This document shows, one piece after another, positions 39,376 through 47,345 of a stretch of DNA of 64,000 nucleotides. The notes under the pieces are model-generated. The model was not told the origin of the DNA. It saw only the letters and a list, made by a program, of their open reading frames with translations, and did not search any database. The translations under genes were made by a program, and so were the position numbers. The stretch is from positions 2,345 to 66,344 of the forward strand of contig JACPHY010000016.1 in the NCBI GenBank assembly GCA_016188355.1. Reading direction: 5' to 3'. This stretch comes from Candidatus Uhrbacteria bacterium. GTDB taxonomy: Bacteria; Patescibacteriota; Patescibacteriia; JACPHY01. Within the stretch, counting starts at the first letter, position 1. Every line of letters begins with the position of its first letter.

Positions 39376-39410
39376 AGAGCTCCCGTTCAACGGGAGCTCT
39401 CATTCTTTTC
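39376..39410 (+). terminator. Intrinsic terminator after the PspA-like gene
   Basis: gagagctcccg-ttcaa-cgggagctctc followed by a T-rich tail. Confidence 0.7.
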
Positions 39411-39478
39411 GGGACTCGTGTTGACGAGCATGGCAGATATGTTACGGTTCGGTTGGTTCATTTCCTGAAGGAGGGATC

Positions 39479-40366
39479 ATGCGAAAACGAGCGAATGGGT
39501 CGGCAGTCCCCGCGCAGGTGCGGCCCCACGGCGACACCAAAGATGGTCTGACGCCGGACGAGGCGGCCGCATGGGATGCGTGCCTCGGCGTGCATGTGGA
39601 TGATGTGCTGGTCTGGGGGTGGTTCATAGCCTGCACCCTGCTCCGGATTCCTCCGGAGCGTCGATATGCGCACATCGCGCACATGGTTCGGTACTACCCG
39701 TTTGTTCCGAGCACTGCGCCGGACCAGTTCACCGGAATTCCGTCGTTTGATGTGCATCGGGTGCGTCTCGCGCATTTCCAAATGTGCCACGTGGAGACTC
39801 CGTTAGCGCGCGACCTCATGCAGACCATGCAGCGACATGAAGATGCGGCGCCGGTCACCCCCGAGATGATCGCATCGTGCGTCCTCCGGCACCTCGATCG
39901 GTGCGAGCCGTCCGAACTTGCGGCGCTCTTCGTCCTCCTCTGCCGAGAGCCGGGATGCACGCCGCTCGGCCATTCGGTGGCATTGGGGAAGATGTGGGAA
40001 GTCCCACCCGCGGCCGTATGGGAAGTGCTCGTCGCCGAGCGCGATGTGGTCTGTGCAATCCTGGAGAACCTCTCGTGCCTTCGGTGTCAGTACCACGCCA
40101 CGCCATTCGGGGTTGCGCGCATCGTACTTGCGCAGGTGGAACGGATCGCGAATCCCGAGCATCGTGCAATCGTCCTCGGGCATTGTCTCGAGCATTGGTC
40201 CGAAACGCTCGAAGCGCGTGCGCGGCAACGGATGTGCGCAGCGATCGCCCATGCGGCACGGGAGGGGAATCTCGATGTGGCGGTGGTGATGATGCCGGAT
40301 GCGCAGGATGATGCAGCGGCGGATGACCACGATGAAGGCGATGCGCGGGGGCGATTTCTGCATTAG
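39479..40366 (+). CDS. Hypothetical protein (paralog A)
   Basis: AAGGAGGG RBS; aligns by eye with 40511-41269. Confidence 0.65.
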   Translation: MRKRANGSAVPAQVRPHGDTKDGLTPDEAAAWDACLGVHVDDVLVWGWFIACTLLRIPPERRYAHIAHMVRYYPFVPSTAPDQFTGIPSFDVHRVRLAHFQMCHVETPLARDLMQTMQRHEDAAPVTPEMIASCVLRHLDRCEPSELAALFVLLCREPGCTPLGHSVALGKMWEVPPAAVWEVLVAERDVVCAILENLSCLRCQYHATPFGVARIVLAQVERIANPEHRAIVLGHCLEHWSETLEARARQRMCAAIAHAAREGNLDVAVVMMPDAQDDAAADDHDEGDARGRFLH

Positions 40367-40510
40367 TCCGTAGTCGATGCATCGTGTGCGCACCGGCCCT
40401 CAGGGCCGGTGCGATTCCTTTTGTGGGAATATTGACAACTGTCACTATTCCTGGTATGGTGGTGCTGCCCTTTTGTGTGCGATGCCTCATGCCAGCAGGA
40501 AGGAGGGCAC

Positions 40511-41269
40511 ATGTCGTTCGTTCTCACCCCCGCGGAGCAGCGCGACTGGGAATTGCGTCTCGGATGGCGCGTACAGGAGTCGGTTGTTTGGGGAGTGCGC
40601 GTTGTGGAGTACTTGTACGAAGAGGTGGCGGAAGATCGACGCGTGCTGCATGTGGCGCATGCGCTCCGCGTCTACCCGTATGTGCCGCGTATCGAGCGGG
40701 GCGTATTCGCGGAACGACGCATCGGTCCGCTTGCGCTTGCCGAATGTGAGCCTGCGTGTCGGCGGCTTCTCGATGCGTTGCTCGCGACCGCACGGGAGCA
40801 GCGATGGGGAGCGGATGAATTTGCGGCGCAGTGCGTGGAGCGGCTGTCTCCACTGGATACCACCGCCCGCGCCTATGTCTTCGGGAATTTGTTTCACGAG
40901 CGGGGGTGCTGCCCCTTCACGAGCAACGTGACGCTAGGAATCACGTTATCGGAAGGGGATCACTGGAGTGTTCTCGTGCGTTATCGCGACATCATCGCGC
41001 CGATCGTGCGGCGACTGCGTCACTTCGCATGCTGCATGACTGCGGATGAGTTGGCGGGTGCTTTTGACCAGTGCGCGCAAATAACCGCTGCTGCGGAGCG
41101 CCGAGTCGTACTCGTGCATCTCGCGCTGCTCATCATTTCGCATCGCGACCAGATGCGAGATGCCGCGCGCATGGTCGTTGCGGCGCTACAGGGGTCCGGT
41201 GGTGACGAGGAAGGCGCAGATGGCGACGGCCTCGTGTTTCCGGGTTCGCGGCCAGGACCTGCATCCTGA
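40511..41269 (+). CDS. Hypothetical protein (paralog B)
   Basis: AAGGAGGG RBS; TTGACA...TATGGT upstream; aligns with paralog A. Confidence 0.65.
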   Translation: MSFVLTPAEQRDWELRLGWRVQESVVWGVRVVEYLYEEVAEDRRVLHVAHALRVYPYVPRIERGVFAERRIGPLALAECEPACRRLLDALLATAREQRWGADEFAAQCVERLSPLDTTARAYVFGNLFHERGCCPFTSNVTLGITLSEGDHWSVLVRYRDIIAPIVRRLRHFACCMTADELAGAFDQCAQITAAAERRVVLVHLALLIISHRDQMRDAARMVVAALQGSGGDEEGADGDGLVFPGSRPGPAS

Positions 41270-41334
41270 GTTCGACGACGGCCGCTGTCCCTCGCGGATG
41301 GCGGCCGGTTCCTTTCCAAGGAGGTGATGTCGTG

Positions 41335-42282
41335 ATGGAGGAAGTGCTGCGTGGGCAACCCATACGGGTGATCGGGTGCGTGGTATCGGCGCATGCGCAT
41401 GCACAGGTGCTTGCGGAGCGATTGCGCCGCATCTGGAATTCGGCGGATGCGTCGGGTTTGGGATGGGTAGATGGGGAATCGCCCAAGGAACTGGCCGCGG
41501 CAATGGCATCCGCGCAGTCCACCGCATCCATTCCCGTTTCGTGCATTGATGCGGTCTTCGTGGTGGGTGGCGATGGATTTCTCATGGAGACATACCACGC
41601 ATTCGATGGCACGGGTCTCCGGCCGCTCCTCATAGGATGGAATGCGGGGCATGTGGGATTTCTCATGAATGATGCGCCGCACGCTGATGATGCGCTGCAG
41701 GTGCAGCTGGCGAATTTCCGTAACGGCGTCTACACCACGGAACTCGCGTATCCGGTGTGTGCGCAGGTGCAGCTCCGGGATGGAACGGAGCGCACCATTC
41801 GGGCGTTCAATGAGATTACGCTCCGCGCATCCGGTCGCCAGGCGGTCCGACTGCATCGGTGGATCAATGGAGCGGATTTGGGAGTATTTGGCGGTGGCGG
41901 ATTCATTGTGGCGACCCCGCAGGGATCCACGGCGTTTGCAGGAGATGCGGGTGGTCCGCTAGTGGATCCCGCCGTTCCATCGCTCGTGCTGGTCCCAATG
42001 ACGACGCATCGTGCGCGTATTTTCGCGCAACTTCATAACGCGCTGGTGCTCTCGCCCCATTCGTCCATCCGTGTGGATGTGCTGGAACGGGACAAGCGAC
42101 CGATCGCGGTGGAAACGGAAACGGAGCAGATCACGGACGTGGATCGCGTCCTGATTACGAGCGCGTATCGGCACGGCCCATCGCAGGCGATCGCATTGGG
42201 GTATGCGTATGCCCCGGACGGTCGACGCTTTCCCGCGCGAGTCGCCAAGAAATTCATCGGGAGGATTCGGGAGCGGCACTAA
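41335..42282 (+). CDS. nadK: NAD(+)/NADH kinase (divergent)
   Basis: VVGGDGFL, NAGHVGFL, AFNE, VATPQGSTAFAGDAGGP; AAGGAGG RBS. Confidence 0.8.
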   Translation: MEEVLRGQPIRVIGCVVSAHAHAQVLAERLRRIWNSADASGLGWVDGESPKELAAAMASAQSTASIPVSCIDAVFVVGGDGFLMETYHAFDGTGLRPLLIGWNAGHVGFLMNDAPHADDALQVQLANFRNGVYTTELAYPVCAQVQLRDGTERTIRAFNEITLRASGRQAVRLHRWINGADLGVFGGGGFIVATPQGSTAFAGDAGGPLVDPAVPSLVLVPMTTHRARIFAQLHNALVLSPHSSIRVDVLERDKRPIAVETETEQITDVDRVLITSAYRHGPSQAIALGYAYAPDGRRFPARVAKKFIGRIRERH

Positions 42283-42353
42283 GGTATCCGTGGCGGTTCG
42301 CCGCAACGCAGTGGAGTCATTCCTTTGGAGTGACTCCGTTCTTTTTGATGTAG

Positions 42354-42384
42354 TTGACGATAGTTAGTGTCAAATGCACAATAA
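42354..42384 (+). promoter_or_regulatory. NrtR-type operator overlapping the pncB promoter
   Basis: TTGACG at 42354; TTAGTGT-CAAATGC-ACAATAA at 42364-42384, with both arms identical to the 25772 site. Confidence 0.75.
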
Positions 42385-42601
42385 TTGTATACCGGTTCCG
42401 GAATCGCTTTGATTGGGCATTTGGACATCCATTTGACGCTTTGGTGATTTCATGATAGGGTTTTGGGTCTGTAGAGGGAAATTGAGGTTCCGTGCGCTGG
42501 GCGCGCGCGGGTGCTCAGTGGCTCTCGATGGCTCTTTTGGATCGCAGGCAACAGACGGAAGCGCTGCGTGCAATGGCGCGTCAGCAGAAAGGAGCTTGGG
42601 A

Positions 42602-43900
42602 ATGCAATTTCTTCGATCACCGCATCCGCTCTTACGGCAGTTCGTGGTGGATGGACCGATCATCGAATCGCTGCTCGATGTCGACTTCTACACCTTCACG
42701 ATGCAGGCGTACATTCGGAGGTACCATCCCGGGACCCATGTGCGCTTTGGGCTTCGGAATCGCACGAAGATTCCGCTCGGGCGTTCCATCCGGGAAGGGG
42801 AGCTCCGTGAGCAGCTGGATCATGTCCGCTCGCTCCGCGCGACGCGGTCCGAATGCCATTACCTTGCGGGTACGTTCGAATACGGCCGGCGCATGTTCGA
42901 CGATGCGTACATCGACTGGTTCGCAAACCTGCAGCTGCCCGAGTACGATCTCGAGTATCTTCCGGATGGCCACATCCGCCTCGAGTTCGCGGGGGACTGG
43001 GAGGCGGCGCTGCATTGGGAGACCATCGGCATGCCCATCCTGACGCAGCTCTACTTCAAGAGCCTACTCAAGAACATGATGACGATCGAGTGTGATGCGG
43101 TCGTTGCGGAGGGCATCCGGCGTCTCCATGAGAAGATACAGATGGTCCAGCAGCGCTGCGCATCGGGGCGACCGTTCTCCTTCGCGGAGTTCGGCACCCG
43201 GCGCCGCGCGTTTCGTGACTGGCAGCGCTACACGGATGCCATGTTCGGGGAGAGCTTGCCGGGTCAGTATCTCGGTACCTCCAATACGTTGAACGCCATG
43301 CTCCTCGGGCAGCAGCCCATGGGCACGAATGCGCACCAGCTCCAGATGGTGGCGGTGGCGCTCGCATCTTCCGGGAGCGATGAGGACATGCGTGCCGCAT
43401 CGCGACAGGTGTACGAACGGTGGTGGGAGATGTTTGGGCATGGACTCTCAATTGCACTGCCGGATACGTACGGAACGCCTGCGGGTCTCGAAGACCTCGG
43501 TGCATCGGGGGCGGGGTACTGGAAGGGTACGCGTCAGGATTCGGGATCGCCTGAGCGGGACACTGACCGGAAGATCGCATGGTACCTATCGCACGACATT
43601 GATCCTCGGGAGAAGCTGCTCTTGTACTCCGATGGGCTCACCTTTCCGCGCGCGTTCGCAATCGACGACTACCGCGCCGGCGCAATCAAGAAATCGTTCG
43701 CGCTCGGGACGAATGCGACGAATGACTTCCCGGTTCCGTCCGCGCTCTCCATCGTCGTGAAGCCGCTCCGTGCGAACGTGTTCGGATGCGTGAAGCTCTC
43801 TGACAACCCCGCGAAGGCGCAGGGCGATGCCGAGCTCATCCAGCGATACTGTCGCGTCTTCCGGTACCAGGAGGGCGAACGGACAGAGTGCGTGTATTGA
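42602..43900 (+). CDS. pncB: Nicotinate phosphoribosyltransferase
   Basis: SLLDVDFY.FTM, EFGTRRR, GTSN, GTNAH (phospho-His), PDTY, RQDSG, YSDGL, VKLSDNPAK. Confidence 0.92.
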   Translation: MQFLRSPHPLLRQFVVDGPIIESLLDVDFYTFTMQAYIRRYHPGTHVRFGLRNRTKIPLGRSIREGELREQLDHVRSLRATRSECHYLAGTFEYGRRMFDDAYIDWFANLQLPEYDLEYLPDGHIRLEFAGDWEAALHWETIGMPILTQLYFKSLLKNMMTIECDAVVAEGIRRLHEKIQMVQQRCASGRPFSFAEFGTRRRAFRDWQRYTDAMFGESLPGQYLGTSNTLNAMLLGQQPMGTNAHQLQMVAVALASSGSDEDMRAASRQVYERWWEMFGHGLSIALPDTYGTPAGLEDLGASGAGYWKGTRQDSGSPERDTDRKIAWYLSHDIDPREKLLLYSDGLTFPRAFAIDDYRAGAIKKSFALGTNATNDFPVPSALSIVVKPLRANVFGCVKLSDNPAKAQGDAELIQRYCRVFRYQEGERTECVY

Positions 43901-44026
43901 GGTAGAAGTATGAGCGGTCCGGAAGGACCGGACCGCTCCTTGCTCGAGGCGCGAAGTGCGACGACGCATTTCGCGGCTCAAGCGAAGGAATGCTCATGAC
44001 GTCAACACCAAGAGGAGGGACGATCC

Positions 44027-44971
44027 GTGCAAATTCAGACGTTCAGCATCGTGGTAGGGACCAAAGCGTGCAACGCGCGGTGTCCGTTCTGCGTGAGCAG
44101 CATGACGGGATTCGGGGAGCTGCCGAAACGGGGAGCGATCGAGTTGGTGCATTTCGCAAAGGCCTGTCAGCTCGCGCGGCTCGCCGGCACCACGACGGTG
44201 CTCATGACGGGCAAGGGCGAACCGACGCTCTATCCGGAGGAGATCTCCGAATACCTCCGGCTGCTCGTGCGCAGCCAGTTCCCGTTCATCGAGCTCCAGA
44301 CGAATGCGCTGGATATCGGCTGGCTCGCGCGTGACGGTCGGGCGAAGCACGCGAAGTCACTCGAGCGCCACACGTTAGCGGGGTGGCGGCAGAGCGGGCT
44401 GAATACGGTCGCAATCTCGGTGGTGGGCATCGACCCGGAGCTGAATCGTCCCGTATACCACGATGACTACCCGGATCTCGCGACGACGATCAAATTCCTC
44501 CACGAGATCGGATTCACCGTGCGGCTGTGCGTCATGATGCAGCAGGGCAGTGTGGATACTCCGGAGGCGTTGCAGCGGGTCATCGATTTTTGTCGGATCA
44601 ACCTCGTGGAGCAGCTCACGGTGCGGCCGATTCGGAAGCCCGATCATAGCGAGGATCGCGACGTATCGACGTACGTCGTCGAGCGCGGGATCACCCACGA
44701 TCAGGAGTTGGTCATCCGTACGTGGGTCGAGCGGCAGGGGCGTCGGCTCCTCTCGCTCATGCATGGGGCTATCGTGTACGACGTTGGTGGGCAGAACGTG
44801 TGTCTCTCGGACTGCCTCACGAACGATTCATCGAATGGAGACATCCGGACGCTCATTTTCTACAGCGATGGGCGACTGACCTACGATTGGCAGTACGAGG
44901 GCGCGGTGCTCCTCGGCGGCGTGCCGATGGCATTGCGGGAGGCCGATCGCCGAAATCGAGAGGAGATTTGA
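44027..44971 (+). CDS. Uncharacterised radical SAM enzyme
   Basis: CNARCPFC (CxxxCxxC), TGKGEPTL, IELQTN; GAGGAGG RBS. Confidence 0.9.
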   Translation: MQIQTFSIVVGTKACNARCPFCVSSMTGFGELPKRGAIELVHFAKACQLARLAGTTTVLMTGKGEPTLYPEEISEYLRLLVRSQFPFIELQTNALDIGWLARDGRAKHAKSLERHTLAGWRQSGLNTVAISVVGIDPELNRPVYHDDYPDLATTIKFLHEIGFTVRLCVMMQQGSVDTPEALQRVIDFCRINLVEQLTVRPIRKPDHSEDRDVSTYVVERGITHDQELVIRTWVERQGRRLLSLMHGAIVYDVGGQNVCLSDCLTNDSSNGDIRTLIFYSDGRLTYDWQYEGAVLLGGVPMALREADRRNREEI

Positions 44972-45131
44972 GCGCGTGACGAAGGGATGAGGATGGGGAG
45001 ATAGGCTGGTGCGGTCCTGCGAATAGCGGGACCGCACTCCACCAGAGCTTCGATGATGATCGAGATTCTGGCGGAGTGAAAGCTCCGTGCTGCTTTCCCA
45101 ATTCAGACTACTGAGCAAGGAGGATGCGATC

Positions 45132-47180
45132 ATGGCACAGCATCAGGGATTCGTGCGCATTGCGACTGCGGTACCTCGAGTACATGTCGGAGATCCTGAG
45201 GCGAACGTGCGGGCGATGGTTGAGCTCGCGAAAACAGCGGGGAATGCCGGTGCGCAGGTGCTCGTGTTCCCAGAGCTTGGGATCACCGGATACACCTGCC
45301 GGGATCTCTTCCTGCAGCCGGAGCTGCAGCGGGCTGCGTACGCACAGCTGCGCACGTTTGTGATGCGAATGGATAATGAGGCGTGCCGCGGCATGCTTGC
45401 GATTGTGGGGCTGCCGCTCGCAGTGGACGGACAGCTGTTCAATGTGGCAGCGGTTGTGGTAGCAGGGGAGGCGCGGGTGCTCGCGTACATCCCGAAGGTA
45501 TACCTCCCGGGGTACAAGGAGTTTGAGGAGAATCGGTGGTTTGCACCTGCGGATCGATTGTGCAGCACGGTCCATGCGGATGATGGCGCGCTCATTGGCG
45601 CGGATATTCTGATCGACGTGCGCACGACCGCAATGCGGCGGTTCACGCTCGGCGTCGAGATTTGTGAGGATCTCTGGATGCCGATCCCGCCCAGCTCGCA
45701 TCTCGCAAATCAGGGTGCGACCGTGCTCCTGAATTGCTCCGCGTCAAACGCGGTTGTGGGCAAGGCGGACTACCGTCGCGAGCTCGTGCGGGGTCAGTCC
45801 TCGCGGTGCATCGCGGCGTACGCGTACGTCTCGTGTGGTCCGGGGGAATCCACCGCGGACGTCTCCTTTGATGGACATGCGTTCATTGCGGAGAACGGAT
45901 CGCTGCTCGCGGAATCGCCGCGATTTCAGCGGACGGGACACCTCACGGTCGCGGATGTGGACGTGGAGCGTTTGCTCCGCGAGCGAACCATGACCGGAAG
46001 TTTCGGGCAGTCCGTCGCGTCAGAGCAACGCGCGTACCGACGCGTGCTTGCGGATGGCATCACGGAACTCAATGTGCGGCAGTCGTTTCGGCGGAGTGTG
46101 GATCCGTTCCCGTTCGTACCGCGTGACCCCGCAACACGCGATGCGCGGTGTGATGAGGTGTTCGCGATTCAGGTGGATGGTCTGACGCGTCGCCTCGAGC
46201 ACCTCGAAGCGATGACCGGGAAGCGACAGGTGAGCATCGGCATCTCCGGTGGGCTCGACTCGACGCTCGCGCTGCTCGTCGTCGTCCGTGCGTTCCAGGC
46301 GCTTGGGTGGGATCTTTCGGGGATCCACGCATACACGTTCCCGGGGTTCGGAACCACTGACCGCACGAAGAGCAATGCGTACGCGCTCTGCGCAGCGCTC
46401 GGCGTTCCGTTGCGTGAGGTGTCCATCGTCGAAGCGTCATTGCTCACGTTGCGTCAGCTGGGGCACCTGCATGCGGACGAGCAGCCGCACCGCGATTGCC
46501 TCACCTGTCAGAACGCGCAGGCGCGCATTCGAACGCTCTTTCTGATGACGGACGGATTCGTCATTGGCACTGGCGACCTCTCCGAGAGCGCGCTCGGGTG
46601 GTGCACGTACAATGGCGACCACATGTCCATGTACAACGTGAACGCGGGCGTGCCGAAGACACTCGTCCGGTACGTGGTGGGCTGGGTGGCAGAGCGCGGG
46701 TTGCTCGGAGCAGCGGCATCAACCGTGCTCCGCGATATCCTCGCGACGCCGATCTCGCCCGAGCTCGATCCCGTAGCCGCAGATGGCCAGATGGGGCACA
46801 CGACCGAGGAGCAGATTGGTCCGTACGACCTGCACGATTTCTTCCTGTTCCACTTCCTTCGGAATGGGTATGGTCCCCGGAAGATTGTTTTCCTTGCGGA
46901 ATGTGCGTTCGCCAATATCCGATGGGAAGACGGTCCGCATCGCGGAGAACTCAAGTATCCGTCGTCCGTGATTCGGAAGTGGCTGCTCGAGTTCTTCCGG
47001 AGGTTCCCGAAGGCGCAGTTCAAGCGGGACGCGGCGCCGGACGGTGTGAAGGTAGGATCTGTCGCTCTTTCGCAGCGCGGAGACTGGCGCATGCCGAGCG
47101 ACGTGGACATGGCGCTTTGGGTTCATGAGGCGGAGGCTCTCCTCGCAGAGGCAGAGCATCGGGACGCAGACACGGATTGA
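45132..47180 (+). CDS. nadE: Glutamine-dependent NAD+ synthetase
   Basis: Nitrilase domain FPELGITGY, YKEFEE.RWF, EICEDLW; PP-loop GISGGLDSTL; NAQARIRT, GTGDLSE, GDHMSMY, QFKR. Confidence 0.95.
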   Translation: MAQHQGFVRIATAVPRVHVGDPEANVRAMVELAKTAGNAGAQVLVFPELGITGYTCRDLFLQPELQRAAYAQLRTFVMRMDNEACRGMLAIVGLPLAVDGQLFNVAAVVVAGEARVLAYIPKVYLPGYKEFEENRWFAPADRLCSTVHADDGALIGADILIDVRTTAMRRFTLGVEICEDLWMPIPPSSHLANQGATVLLNCSASNAVVGKADYRRELVRGQSSRCIAAYAYVSCGPGESTADVSFDGHAFIAENGSLLAESPRFQRTGHLTVADVDVERLLRERTMTGSFGQSVASEQRAYRRVLADGITELNVRQSFRRSVDPFPFVPRDPATRDARCDEVFAIQVDGLTRRLEHLEAMTGKRQVSIGISGGLDSTLALLVVVRAFQALGWDLSGIHAYTFPGFGTTDRTKSNAYALCAALGVPLREVSIVEASLLTLRQLGHLHADEQPHRDCLTCQNAQARIRTLFLMTDGFVIGTGDLSESALGWCTYNGDHMSMYNVNAGVPKTLVRYVVGWVAERGLLGAAASTVLRDILATPISPELDPVAADGQMGHTTEEQIGPYDLHDFFLFHFLRNGYGPRKIVFLAECAFANIRWEDGPHRGELKYPSSVIRKWLLEFFRRFPKAQFKRDAAPDGVKVGSVALSQRGDWRMPSDVDMALWVHEAEALLAEAEHRDADTD

Positions 47181-47189
47181 CCTTCTGGT

Positions 47190-47233
47190 GGCCCCCGTGG
47201 TACGGTTTTTCCGTGCCCACGGGGGCTTTTCTT
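47190..47233 (+). terminator. Intrinsic terminator closing the NAD operon
   Basis: gcccccgtgg...ccacgggggc followed by ttttct. Confidence 0.7.
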
Positions 47234-47239
47234 ATTCAT

Positions 47240-47328
47240 CACACACCCCTCTGGACTGCGGTGGCCCTGCTCTCAACCTGCGTTACAGGTGAGGGACCCA
47301 CGGCAGGAGGAAGGAGGGGGAGGCATAA
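47240..47328 (+). promoter_or_regulatory. Putative S2 (rpsB) autoregulatory leader
   Basis: CACACACCCCTC...GGAGGGGGAGGCATAA resembles the CACACAC...GGAGGCAUAA frame of rpsB leaders. Confidence 0.55.
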
Positions 47329-47345
47329 GGGCAGTTTTTCTATTT

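Noticed and set aside
44027-44971. Calling the radical SAM protein a prokaryotic viperin or MoaA
   Set aside because: Only the generic CxxxCxxC and GEP-like motifs are visible; no family-specific motifs or SPASM/twitch cysteine set could be confirmed by eye.
45040-45090. Hammerhead ribozyme (GATGA...GAAA)
   Set aside because: The required CUGAUGA core and three-stem junction are not present.
42602-47180. Phage-type NARP1/NARP2 NAD reconstitution pathway
   Set aside because: The PRTase has PncB (nicotinate) motifs and is paired with NadE; no Prs-like Adps or NMNAT gene is present.
25016-47233. Prophage or integrative element as carrier of the NAD island
   Set aside because: No integrase, transposase, phage structural gene, tRNA target or flanking att repeats were seen.
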